Positions 27,414 through 35,271 of a stretch of DNA of 64,000 nucleotides are shown piece by piece (position 1 is the first letter of the stretch; every line of letters begins with the position of its first letter). The DNA is taken from IMG/VR virus record IMGVR_UViG_3300017917_005385, one strand, 5' to 3'. Below the pieces are notes generated by a model. It worked only from the letters and a program-made list of their open reading frames with translations, was not told the origin of the DNA and searched no databases. The position numbers and the translations under genes were made by a program. The stretch comes from an uncultured virus (IMG/VR IMGVR_UViG_3300017917_005385). Taxonomy: Duplodnaviria; Heunggongvirae; Uroviricota; Caudoviricetes.

Positions 27414-28235
27414 ATGAAAACAAAAGACACCTTCGGGGATCGTATGAAAATGTACGAAAACCAAACCTGTGGAATTAGATTAATTCCCAGAATTCCAGTA
27501 ATTGCCCGTCTTGATGGTAAAGGATTCTCTAAATTTACTAAAGGTCTTAAAAGACCGTATGATGAAAGACTATCTAAATTGATGATTGAAACTACTAAGT
27601 ATTTAGTTAAAGAAACTAATGCAAACTGTGGCTATACTCAATCTGATGAAATCACTTTAATGTGGTACACTGATAAGATCGATGCTTCAATTTATTTTGA
27701 TGGTCGTTTATTTAAGATGCTTTCCGATCTTTCGGCTATGGCTTCTGTATTCTTTAATAGAAAACTTAGCGAATATCTTCCAGAAAAGGCTGATAAGATG
27801 CCTAGATTTGATGCTAGAGTTTACAACGTTCCAACTTTAGATGAGGCGATGAATTCATTCCTTTGGAGAGAACAAGATGCAACTAAGAACTCAATTACTA
27901 TGGCGGCTTCTCATTATTACTCTCACAAAGAGTTACACGGAAAGAATGGAAATGAAAAACAAGAAATGCTTTTTCAAAAAGGTGTTAATTGGAATGATTA
28001 CCCAACTTTCTTCAAGAGGGGTACTTATGTACAAAGAAAAAGAGTTTTAACTCCTTTCAGCGCTGAAGAGATTGAAAAACTACCAATTAAACACAATGCT
28101 AGAAAAGATCCTAGTATGTTAATTGAAAGATGGGTTATTGATGTGGTTGAATTACCTAAACTATCAAGTATTGAAAATTCTGTTGAAGTTATTGTTTTTG
28201 GTGAAGAACCTAAATTAAAAAGTCCAGTTATTTAA
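27414..28235 (+). CDS. Thg1-like protein (tRNA-His guanylyltransferase family, 3'-5' polymerase)
   Basis: RLDGKGFSKFT, YTQSDEI, FDAR, WREQDA.KNS. Confidence 0.92.
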   Translation: MKTKDTFGDRMKMYENQTCGIRLIPRIPVIARLDGKGFSKFTKGLKRPYDERLSKLMIETTKYLVKETNANCGYTQSDEITLMWYTDKIDASIYFDGRLFKMLSDLSAMASVFFNRKLSEYLPEKADKMPRFDARVYNVPTLDEAMNSFLWREQDATKNSITMAASHYYSHKELHGKNGNEKQEMLFQKGVNWNDYPTFFKRGTYVQRKRVLTPFSAEEIEKLPIKHNARKDPSMLIERWVIDVVELPKLSSIENSVEVIVFGEEPKLKSPVI

Positions 28236-28863
28236 CTGGACTTTCTTCTTTATTAAATATTTTATCTAAGTACATATAGATATATTTTCTATACCTATTA
28301 ACTGTTTTTTCATCACAGTATTTTTTAATATCAAACCAAAGATGACCAGCTTGTCCACCAATACCTCTTTGTAGTCTCTCCATACCTTCTTCTTTACTTC
28401 TAACAACTCTAGATAATTCATTTGCTATAGTGAAAGAAAAAGCCATTACTTCTTCTTTATTAGAGAAATACTCTTTTCTATTCAATGGACTTGGTAGTTT
28501 GTAATCAATTTGACCTTTTCTTAAACTTTGTTCAGCATGAACTCTTTCATGTCCAATTATGTCTAACATAATATCTTTAAAATTAGGAATAAATCTAGCA
28601 GCATTTTCATCTACTAAAACAAACATAGGCTTTTTTGTAGAAGGATTAAAAAGAGCAAAGAAAGGAACACCGTGTCTCGGAGGTGCTGTTTTTTTATTTT
28701 CTTCACTTAGTGAGTTATAAAACTCATCATAACCAACAACATCGAATCCATTTCTTTCTCCGAATTCTTTAGCGGATTGAAAAGAGTTAACTGGTGTGTT
28801 ATCTTCTATTTTTGTAGGCATAATAACTGCCTCGAATAATTCAAATTTTACTAGATGTTTCAT
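28228..28863 (-). CDS. hypothetical protein with HExxH motif (MKHLVKFELFE N-terminus)
   Basis: GHERVHAEQ...EEVMAF, zincin-like. Confidence 0.6.
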   Translation of the reverse strand: MKHLVKFELFEAVIMPTKIEDNTPVNSFQSAKEFGERNGFDVVGYDEFYNSLSEENKKTAPPRHGVPFFALFNPSTKKPMFVLVDENAARFIPNFKDIMLDIIGHERVHAEQSLRKGQIDYKLPSPLNRKEYFSNKEEVMAFSFTIANELSRVVRSKEEGMERLQRGIGGQAGHLWFDIKKYCDEKTVNRYRKYIYMYLDKIFNKEESPVK

Positions 28864-28925
28864 AATGTATATATTAATTGGACTTTTTAATTATTTGTTA
28901 TATAATTAAAAAAGTGAATTTAAAA

Positions 28926-29510
28926 ATGAAAGTATTAAATATAATAGGACATCCTAATAAAAAGAGCTTTAACTATGCTATACATAATAGAGTAAAGGAT
29001 TTTTGTAAGAAAAATAAAATAGAATATAAGTATATCGATTTATACTTAGATAGATTTGATCCTGTTTTACATGAAAAAGAATCACCTAATAATCAAAACT
29101 TGATAAAAGAATATCAAGAAAAAATAAAATGGGCAGATGCTATAATAATTACATCACCTGTTTGGTGGTTTAGATTAACTACTGTTTTAGAAGGATTCTT
29201 TGATAAAGTCTTGTCACCTGGTTTTGCTTATAATTTCAAATCACTTACAAAGTTGTATGGTTATCCTCAACCTTTATTAAGTGATAAAAAAGTTATAACA
29301 TTTTTAACACATGGTGCTCCTGGTTTGCCAGTAAAAACAATATATGTAAACTCAGTTAAACTTAGATTATTACTTGGTGTTTATTCATTTTGTTTTGGTT
29401 GGTTCAAACAAAAGATATATCAATTTTGGAGTGTGCCTTTTGTAACAGATGATAAAAGAAAATCTTACTTAGAAAAAGTAGATAAAATTTTAAAGAAAAG
29501 ATTATTATAA
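28926..29510 (+). CDS. NAD(P)H:quinone oxidoreductase, flavodoxin-2 fold
   Basis: GHPNKKSFN, DLY...FDP, WAD...SPVWW...GFFDKV. Confidence 0.88.
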   Translation: MKVLNIIGHPNKKSFNYAIHNRVKDFCKKNKIEYKYIDLYLDRFDPVLHEKESPNNQNLIKEYQEKIKWADAIIITSPVWWFRLTTVLEGFFDKVLSPGFAYNFKSLTKLYGYPQPLLSDKKVITFLTHGAPGLPVKTIYVNSVKLRLLLGVYSFCFGWFKQKIYQFWSVPFVTDDKRKSYLEKVDKILKKRLL

Positions 29511-29534
29511 TTATATTTGCTTAAAATAGTAAAT

Positions 29535-30155
29535 ATGATTAAAGTATTAGGTGAGATTCCAAAGTCAGAATTTGGCATTGCTTGTTCAGGTGGTGTTGAT
29601 TCTATGGCTATTCTTGACTTCTTAGTTAAGGGTAAATATAATCCACATGTTCTTTACTTTAATCACAACACCGAACACGGTCACGAAGCTGAAAAGTTTA
29701 TCACAGACTACTGCAATCAAAAAAGTCTTAAATTGACTATTGGTAGGACTGATTTAAAACCTGAGACTAATAAAGAAAAAATCTGGTCTGATTTAAGGTA
29801 TAATTTTTTTTCAAAGTTTGATTTTCCTATTATTACTTGTCACCATTTAGACGATTGTGTAGAAACTTATTTGTTTTCTTGTTTAAGGGGATTTCAATCA
29901 GTTATTCCTTATTCAAAAGGAAATGTTATTAGACCATTTTTATTAAATGAGAAATCTGAATTTGAAAAGTGGTGTAAACAAAAATCTGTACCTTTTATTC
30001 AAGACTATTCAAATGATTGTCTAGATTATTCAAGAAATAGAATTAGACATAAAATTGTACCAGAATCTTTACTTGTAAATCCAGGACTTAAAACTGTGGT
30101 TAGAAAAATGATTAAAATTCAAATTTATAATCAAGTTCAAAATTATTCTTATTAA
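29535..30155 (+). CDS. tilS: tRNA(Ile)-lysidine synthetase, short form (PP-loop domain only)
   Basis: SGGVDS, RY.FF, HHLDDCVET, IRPFL, D.SN....SRNRIRH. Confidence 0.88.
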   Translation: MIKVLGEIPKSEFGIACSGGVDSMAILDFLVKGKYNPHVLYFNHNTEHGHEAEKFITDYCNQKSLKLTIGRTDLKPETNKEKIWSDLRYNFFSKFDFPIITCHHLDDCVETYLFSCLRGFQSVIPYSKGNVIRPFLLNEKSEFEKWCKQKSVPFIQDYSNDCLDYSRNRIRHKIVPESLLVNPGLKTVVRKMIKIQIYNQVQNYSY

Positions 30156-30501
30156 TATGAAATTCTAATCCTTTTATAAATTCTGGTCTAACAATTAAAG
30201 TACCATCTTGTTGAAGTTTAAGATATTTATCAATGAATATTTCAGGTTCATAGATTTTCATAGATAAATCTCTTTTTAGATTATTATAAGGTATTTGTCT
30301 ATCGGGATGTAAATTATAAATTATTGATTTGTTAAAATTGGCTATATCTAAAACAACTTCTTTTTTTATAGAATCACTTTGAATTGTCTGAGCATCAGCA
30401 CTATTTAAACCAAGTGAAAGCATAGCAGATAAAATAAGATTTCTTAAAATTCCTTTTTCTTCATTTAAAACAAAATCGTTATATTCTTTTATGTACTTCA
30501 T
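30112..30501 (-). CDS. hypothetical protein (MKYIKEYNDF N-terminus)
   Basis: ORF with AATATATA upstream. Confidence 0.6.
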   Translation of the reverse strand: MKYIKEYNDFVLNEEKGILRNLILSAMLSLGLNSADAQTIQSDSIKKEVVLDIANFNKSIIYNLHPDRQIPYNNLKRDLSMKIYEPEIFIDKYLKLQQDGTLIVRPEFIKGLEFHINKNNFELDYKFEF

Positions 30502-30534
30502 TAAACTATATATTAATTTTTTTATAAAACATTT

Positions 30535-31191
30535 ATGGATTTATTTCACTTTGATATAGAAACTTGTGGTCAGTATAAAGACTACGATTCTTTTTTAGAC
30601 TCTGACGAGAGAGGCGCTAGACTTTTTCAATCTAAGTATGAAAAAATGAACTGGTCTGAAAAATATGTCGATATAAACGAAGCTTATATTGAAAATGCCG
30701 GTATAATCTCGACATATGGTAAAATATGTTGTATATCTTTTGGTTATGAATCAAATGGTGAAAAGCATATTAGATCTTTCTATGGTGATGATGAAAGAGA
30801 CATAGTTGAATCATTTAACAACTTACTAAAGAAAATAGAATCAAAAAATTTTAGTCTATCAGGATTTAGAATTAATCACTTTGATATTCCTTGGGTTCTA
30901 CATAAACTCCATAAGTATGACATTGAACCAGCTAATATGATTTATCTATATGATAAAAAGCCTTGGGATATGAGAATTGTAGATATGTCTGATGATTGGA
31001 AACAAAAATTTGCTTGGTCATTCTCATTTGACGAAATGTGCTACGAGCTAGGAGTTAAATCACCTAAAGACATAATCAATGGTTCTGATGTTCATAAATA
31101 CTACTGGTCAGGTAGAATAGAAGATATTAAAACTTATTGTGAAAAAGACGTTAGTTCATCAATTGATGCCTCTAAAAAGTTGTATAAATAA
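30535..31191 (+). CDS. DEDD 3'-5' exonuclease, PolB exonuclease-like
   Basis: FDIET, FDIP, YCEKDV. Confidence 0.85.
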   Translation: MDLFHFDIETCGQYKDYDSFLDSDERGARLFQSKYEKMNWSEKYVDINEAYIENAGIISTYGKICCISFGYESNGEKHIRSFYGDDERDIVESFNNLLKKIESKNFSLSGFRINHFDIPWVLHKLHKYDIEPANMIYLYDKKPWDMRIVDMSDDWKQKFAWSFSFDEMCYELGVKSPKDIINGSDVHKYYWSGRIEDIKTYCEKDVSSSIDASKKLYK

Positions 31192-31452
31192 TATTTTTTA
31201 TTTATCTTTGTGTTTTAAAATAAATCACTATGGGTAAAGTAAAAGAAATTTGTATTGAAATTCAAGAGAAATTTGGAGAAGAGGTTGAAATCACAGAAGA
31301 AGTTTTCAAACAACACCTAATTGAAAAAGGAATTTATAAAGAAACAAAAAACTCAAAAGAGGAAGAAGAGTAAAACCATCTAATTTAGATGGTTTTTTTT
31401 GTTTATGTAGCCTGTATATACAAATATATACTTGTAAAATATAGTATATAAA

Positions 31453-31638
31453 ATGGCAGCACCAAAAGACAAAATGTTCTCACTACGAATTCCAGAAAAG
31501 CTACTTAATGAGTATAGAGAGTTTTGTGAAGAAAACTCTATTAATATTTCTATGAGATTAAGAAAGTTTATAGAGAGAGATTTAGAATCTTGGAGACTAA
31601 AAAAGATTCAACAGAGAAAAAATAATTCTCAATCTTAA
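31453..31638 (+). CDS. ribbon-helix-helix DNA-binding protein
   Basis: MFSLRIPEKLL...NISMRLRKFI. Confidence 0.65.
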   Translation: MAAPKDKMFSLRIPEKLLNEYREFCEENSINISMRLRKFIERDLESWRLKKIQQRKNNSQS

Positions 31639-31671
31639 TATATACCATTATAATAAAAATAACATTTTAAT

Positions 31672-33069
31672 ATGAAATACCTAAAGAGATATGAGAGTTT
31701 TATTGATGATGCTTTCAAAAATGTAAATATGAATATAGATAAAGGTTTGTCTATTGTTGAAAAACAAGTTTTAAATGACTTCTCTACTAACTTCTGGGAG
31801 TTATCATTAAACTCTTCTGTTTTTACAAATGAAGAAAAATTATTTATTAAAGAAAATTTACTAACAACTAAAGTTGATTTAGTTAATGAAGGTTGGTTAG
31901 GCGATACTTTAGGTGCTGTTTGGGATAAAGCTAAAGAAGTTGGTGGTAAAGTTTGGGATAAAGTAAAGTCTAAAATTACTATCATTAAAGATAATATTAA
32001 AAATTTAGTATCTGGTATTGGTGATTTCTTAAAAAGTATGTTTAAGTCTTTAGGTAATTCAATTATTACTAAGTCAAATACATTAAAAGATAAAGTAAAA
32101 ACTGAGTTCCCAACTAAAGTTAAAGCTATAATGGATAAAAATAAACCTGATCCTAAAGAATTGAAAACTGAAATTGATCAATTAAAAGTAACATATACTC
32201 ACTTAAAAGATTCTATTACTGCTGGTTTATTAGCATCATCAATTAGTAGCTCAGATGATGTTGTTATAAAAGATGCTGAAGGTCAAATTGGAGAATTAGA
32301 AGCAGAATTAAAAGCCGAATCTCAAAATCATGACATTCTTAAAGCTTTCTACATTACTGAAGCTGAAGAAGCTGAAGTAGAATACAAAGTAGGTGATAAA
32401 GTAATCTATAAATCTAAAGAGGGTAAAGAAATCGAAAAAGAGATTATCAAAATAGAAGGTGATAACTTCTTCTTCAAAGATAAAGAAGGCAATGAGTTTT
32501 CAAAAACTAAATCTGATATAGTAGGAAAAGCTAAAGGAACTGGTGCTAAAATATGGGCTGGTTTCTCTAAATGGTTCTTAGATATGGAACAAGCAACACC
32601 ACCTGAGAAAGGTAAAGCTGTTTGGTGGATTAAATTAATTCTTAAAATAGTAGGATTAATCTTATCACCAGTTGTTAAAGGTTTAGAGGTTGCTGCTAAG
32701 TTAATAGCTTCTAATGTTCTTAAAGGCGCTTCTGCTGCTTCTAAGTGGTTAAAAGGACCTGGTGTTTTTGAATTCTTAATTTTAGGTGGAATTGTGGCTG
32801 GTTTGCCAGCTTTAGTTACAGAAGTAAGTTTACTCTCACATGTAGTACCTGAGCCTTACTCAAAAATATTTGAAGTTGTTGCTGAATTTTTAACAGAGAT
32901 AACAGGCATTGAAGGTTTACTTCTTATACTTGGTTCTTTCTGTACAGCAATGACTTTATATCAATTAATTATTGAGTTCACACATTTATTTGGTGGTCAC
33001 GGACACGGTGAAGAAGGACATTCTCCTAAACCAGGTGAAGAAGGTGCAACACCAGCACCAGCGGCTTAA
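31672..33069 (+). CDS. hypothetical protein with C-terminal hydrophobic helices (MKYLKRYESF N-terminus)
   Basis: 465 aa; amphipathic W-repeat; predicted transmembrane segments; AATATATA upstream. Confidence 0.7.
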   Translation: MKYLKRYESFIDDAFKNVNMNIDKGLSIVEKQVLNDFSTNFWELSLNSSVFTNEEKLFIKENLLTTKVDLVNEGWLGDTLGAVWDKAKEVGGKVWDKVKSKITIIKDNIKNLVSGIGDFLKSMFKSLGNSIITKSNTLKDKVKTEFPTKVKAIMDKNKPDPKELKTEIDQLKVTYTHLKDSITAGLLASSISSSDDVVIKDAEGQIGELEAELKAESQNHDILKAFYITEAEEAEVEYKVGDKVIYKSKEGKEIEKEIIKIEGDNFFFKDKEGNEFSKTKSDIVGKAKGTGAKIWAGFSKWFLDMEQATPPEKGKAVWWIKLILKIVGLILSPVVKGLEVAAKLIASNVLKGASAASKWLKGPGVFEFLILGGIVAGLPALVTEVSLLSHVVPEPYSKIFEVVAEFLTEITGIEGLLLILGSFCTAMTLYQLIIEFTHLFGGHGHGEEGHSPKPGEEGATPAPAA

Positions 33070-33263
33070 AATATTTTAGAAAGTATTTGGTGAATTAAAA
33101 AACACACCGTATATTTGTAAAACAATTGAGAGAGGCAACGATTTAGATACAAATTTCAATTTTTTTTACAAATTTTAGAAAAAAATTAGGCAAACTTAAA
33201 ACTTTTATCTATATTTGTATAAAATAAGTCAAAAGGAACAAAAACTTTTTAATATATACAACA

Positions 33264-33374
33264 ATGAAAACAATGAATTTAAATATGAATCTTAATCTAA
33301 CAGTGGTGAATACGTTATGTATTAGACCAGTGGAGGGTTTTGCCATATCTAAAAATTTGTTTTCAGTCAACTAA
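33264..33374 (+). CDS. leader peptide 5: MKTMNLNMNLNLTVVNTLCIRPVEGFAISKNLFSVN
   Basis: Codons 3-21 use only T, M, N, L, V, C, I and R(AGA), the isotypes of the downstream array. Confidence 0.85.
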   Translation: MKTMNLNMNLNLTVVNTLCIRPVEGFAISKNLFSVN

Positions 33375-33402
33375 TGTAAGACAAATAAACTAAAGATAAG
33401 TG

Positions 33403-33434
33403 AAACCCTCAGACAAAAATCTGAGGGTTTTTTT
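33403..33434 (+). terminator. attenuator terminator 5
   Basis: AAACCCTCAGA/TCTGAGGGTTT plus U tract; leader GAGGGTTT (33333-33340) complements AAACCCTC. Confidence 0.9.
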
Positions 33435-33502
33435 ATGCCTGTCCTCCTGAACATTTGGTGTTGGTTCGGGAGGACATGAAAAAGGAAAACACCATACCAC
33501 AT

Positions 33503-33574
33503 TCCTCGGTAGCTCAGTGGTAGAGCAAACGGCTGTTAACCGTTAGGTCGCTGGTTCGAGCCCAGCCCGGGGAG
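33503..33574 (+). tRNA. tRNA-Asn(GTT)
   Basis: aacgg-ctGTTaa-ccgtt; G73. Confidence 0.92.
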
Positions 33575-33582
33575 CAAAACAT

Positions 33583-33667
33583 TGGTAGGTACCCGAGCGG
33601 TATTCAGGGACTAGTCTGATACACTAGGTGAGAAATCACGACATGGGTTCAAATCCCATCCTACCAA
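33583..33667 (+). tRNA. tRNA-Ile(GAT), long variable arm
   Basis: ctagt-ctGATac-actag; gtga/tcac variable stem. Confidence 0.78.
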
Positions 33668-33673
33668 CAACAT

Positions 33674-33745
33674 TCACTGGTAGCTCAGAGGCAGAGCAGG
33701 CGCCTGTTAAGCGTCAGGTCGGGATATCGTAATTCCCCCAGTGAG
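33674..33745 (+). tRNA. tRNA-Asn(GTT)
   Basis: ggcgc-ctGTTaa-gcgtc; T-loop ATCGTAA. Confidence 0.82.
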
Positions 33746-33751
33746 CAAAAC

Positions 33752-33830
33752 GCCTCAGTAGCCGAGGTCGCCTTCTAAGCGACTAATCGTAACGGAACTG
33801 AAAATGTAGGTTCGAATCCTACCTGGGGTA
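33752..33830 (+). tRNA. D-arm-less tRNA-like RNA with TCT (Arg) anticodon
   Basis: gcctcag/ctggggt; gtcgc-ctTCTaa-gcgac; canonical T arm. Confidence 0.6.
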
Positions 33831-33836
33831 CAAAAT

Positions 33837-33909
33837 GGTCTCCTCGTCCAACTGGATAGGACATCGGTCTTCTAAACCGAGAATATGGGTTCGAATCCCG
33901 TGGAGACTA
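33837..33909 (+). tRNA. tRNA-Arg(TCT)
   Basis: tcggt-ctTCTaa-accga. Confidence 0.9.
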
Positions 33910-33917
33910 CAAAAAAT

Positions 33918-34000
33918 GCCGAAGTGGTGGAATGGTAGACACGCTAGCCTTAGGAGCTAGTACCCGAAAGGGTGTGTGGGTTCGAGTCCCACCTTCGGTA
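33918..34000 (+). tRNA. tRNA-Leu(TAG)
   Basis: ctagc-ctTAGga-gctag; variable arm. Confidence 0.92.
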
Positions 34001-34006
34001 CAAAAT

Positions 34007-34094
34007 TGGCAGGTAGCCTAGTGGTTCAGGCACCAGACTGTTAATCTGAGAGAAGAAATTCTCAACGTGGGTTCGAATCCCACCCTGTCAGCCA
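34007..34094 (+). tRNA. tRNA-Asn(GTT), long variable arm, CCA encoded
   Basis: caga-ctGTTaa-tctg; gagaa-gaaa-ttctc. Confidence 0.78.
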
Positions 34095-34097
34095 AAT

Positions 34098-34170
34098 AGT
34101 CCTGTAGCTCAATCGGGGGAGCGCCACTGTTACATAGTGGAGGGAGTCGGATCGTAACCGACCGGGACTA
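34098..34170 (+). tRNA. tRNA-Val(TAC)
   Basis: ccact-gtTACat-agtgg; T-loop ATCGTAA. Confidence 0.8.
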
Positions 34171-34176
34171 CTAAAA

Positions 34177-34274
34177 TGCTTTATGCACAATCTTACGATC
34201 TCTCAGTTAAAAGCTGTCGTAGGTTTAAGTGATAAAACAATATGTTTATCAGTTGTGAAAAACATAAAGCACCA
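34177..34274 (+). ncRNA. candidate three-way-junction RNA within tRNA array 5
   Basis: tgctttatg/cataaagca, cacaa/ttgtg, cttacga/tcgtagg, tgataaa/tttatca; ends in CCA. Confidence 0.5.
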
Positions 34275-34275
34275 T

Positions 34276-34349
34276 TGGAACATAGCTCAATTGGTTAGAG
34301 CATTCGCCTGATACGCGAAAGGTTATGAGTTCGAGTCTCATTGTTCCAA
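34276..34349 (+). tRNA. tRNA-Ile(GAT)
   Basis: ttcgc-ctGATac-gcgaa. Confidence 0.9.
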
Positions 34350-34357
34350 CAACAAAT

Positions 34358-34440
34358 GGTACTGTGGCCGAGTGGTGTCGAAAGACGAGAGGCACAGATC
34401 TGCAAAATCTGTCACACTGGTTCGAATCCAGTCAGTACCT
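34358..34440 (+). tRNA. tRNA-Cys(GCA), hairpin in D-loop
   Basis: cagat-ctGCAaa-atctg; U73; gtc-gaaa-gac insert. Confidence 0.85.
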
Positions 34441-34446
34441 CAACAT

Positions 34447-34518
34447 TGTTCTGTAGCTTAATGGGAAAGCGCTACCTTGACATGGTAGAGAGAGTCGGAT
34501 CGTTACCGACCAGAACAA
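34447..34518 (+). tRNA. tRNA-Val(GAC)
   Basis: ctacc-ttGACat-ggtag; T-loop ATCGTTA. Confidence 0.85.
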
Positions 34519-34524
34519 CTACAA

Positions 34525-34600
34525 GCCTCTATAGCTTTAACGGTAGAGCACCGCACTTGTAATGCGGGGGTTGGCGGTTCGAATCCGTCTGGAGGCTCCA
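34525..34600 (+). tRNA. tRNA-Thr(TGT), CCA encoded
   Basis: ccgca-ctTGTaa-tgcgg. Confidence 0.9.
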
Positions 34601-34601
34601 A

Positions 34602-34721
34602 ATAATGGATGGTGATTAAGAGTGTTACTTCGTGAAATTGGTATACACATTTGTCCTAAAAACAAACTTTTGAGGGTTCAAGTCCCTCAGTAAAATCACT
34701 CTTTAGACTTTCCTCCATTAT
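34602..34721 (+). ncRNA. tRNA-like domain on a long closing stem (Y-RNA/YrlA-like architecture)
   Basis: ataatgga/tccattat and aagagtg/cactctt stems enclose D, anticodon (TAA) and T arms; GTTACTTCG shared with the 11429 element. Confidence 0.55.
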
Positions 34722-34723
34722 AT

Positions 34724-34807
34724 GCCGATGTGGCTCAGTGGCGACAGCACTGGTTTTGTAAACCAGAGACGAATAGTCCAACGGGGGTTCGAGTCCCTCC
34801 ATCGGCT
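34724..34807 (+). tRNA. tRNA-Thr(TGT), long variable arm
   Basis: ctggt-ttTGTaa-accag; gac-gaata-gtc. Confidence 0.8.
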
Positions 34808-34822
34808 CAAAATAAATCACCT

Positions 34823-34908
34823 GCCTGGGTGGTGGAATTGGTAGACACGCTGGACTTAAAATTCAGTGGGCAGTAATGCCCGTGCGGGTTCGAGTCCCGC
34901 CCCAGGTA
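34823..34908 (+). tRNA. tRNA-Leu(TAA)
   Basis: ctgga-ctTAAaa-ttcag; variable arm. Confidence 0.92.
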
Positions 34909-34939
34909 CTGAAGTGAAACAAAAGTTCACTACTAAATT

Positions 34940-35010
34940 ATTGGGATAGTTTAACGGTAAATCGTGGGCCTGATATGCCCTTGTTCTTGGTTCGACTCCA
35001 GGTCTCAATA
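34940..35010 (+). tRNA. tRNA-Ile(GAT), divergent
   Basis: gggc-ctGATat-gccc. Confidence 0.65.
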
Positions 35011-35016
35011 CTAAAC

Positions 35017-35088
35017 TTCGATATTGCCTAATGGTAGGGCGCAGGGGGACATGTTCCTGAGGACTTGGTTCGATTCCGGGTATCGATA
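35017..35088 (+). tRNA. degenerate tRNA, anticodon unassignable
   Basis: D and T arms present; irregular anticodon loop. Confidence 0.45.
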
Positions 35089-35096
35089 CAAAAAAA

Positions 35097-35169
35097 GCAG
35101 TCATCGTATAATAGGTGATTACACGTCCTTGGTACGGACGAGACTCCGGTTCGAATCCGGATGATTGCT
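35097..35169 (+). tRNA. tRNA-Thr(GGT)
   Basis: cgtcc-ttGGTac-ggacg. Confidence 0.87.
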
Positions 35170-35180
35170 CAACAACATCT

Positions 35181-35261
35181 GCCCAGATGGTGGAATGGTA
35201 GACACGCTCGTTTAAGAGGCGAGTACCGAAAGGTGTGAGAGTTCGAGTCTCTCTCTGGGTA
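35181..35261 (+). tRNA. tRNA-Leu(AAG)
   Basis: ctcgt-ttAAGag-gcgag; Leu-type D and variable arms. Confidence 0.8.
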
Positions 35262-35271
35262 CAAAATATAT

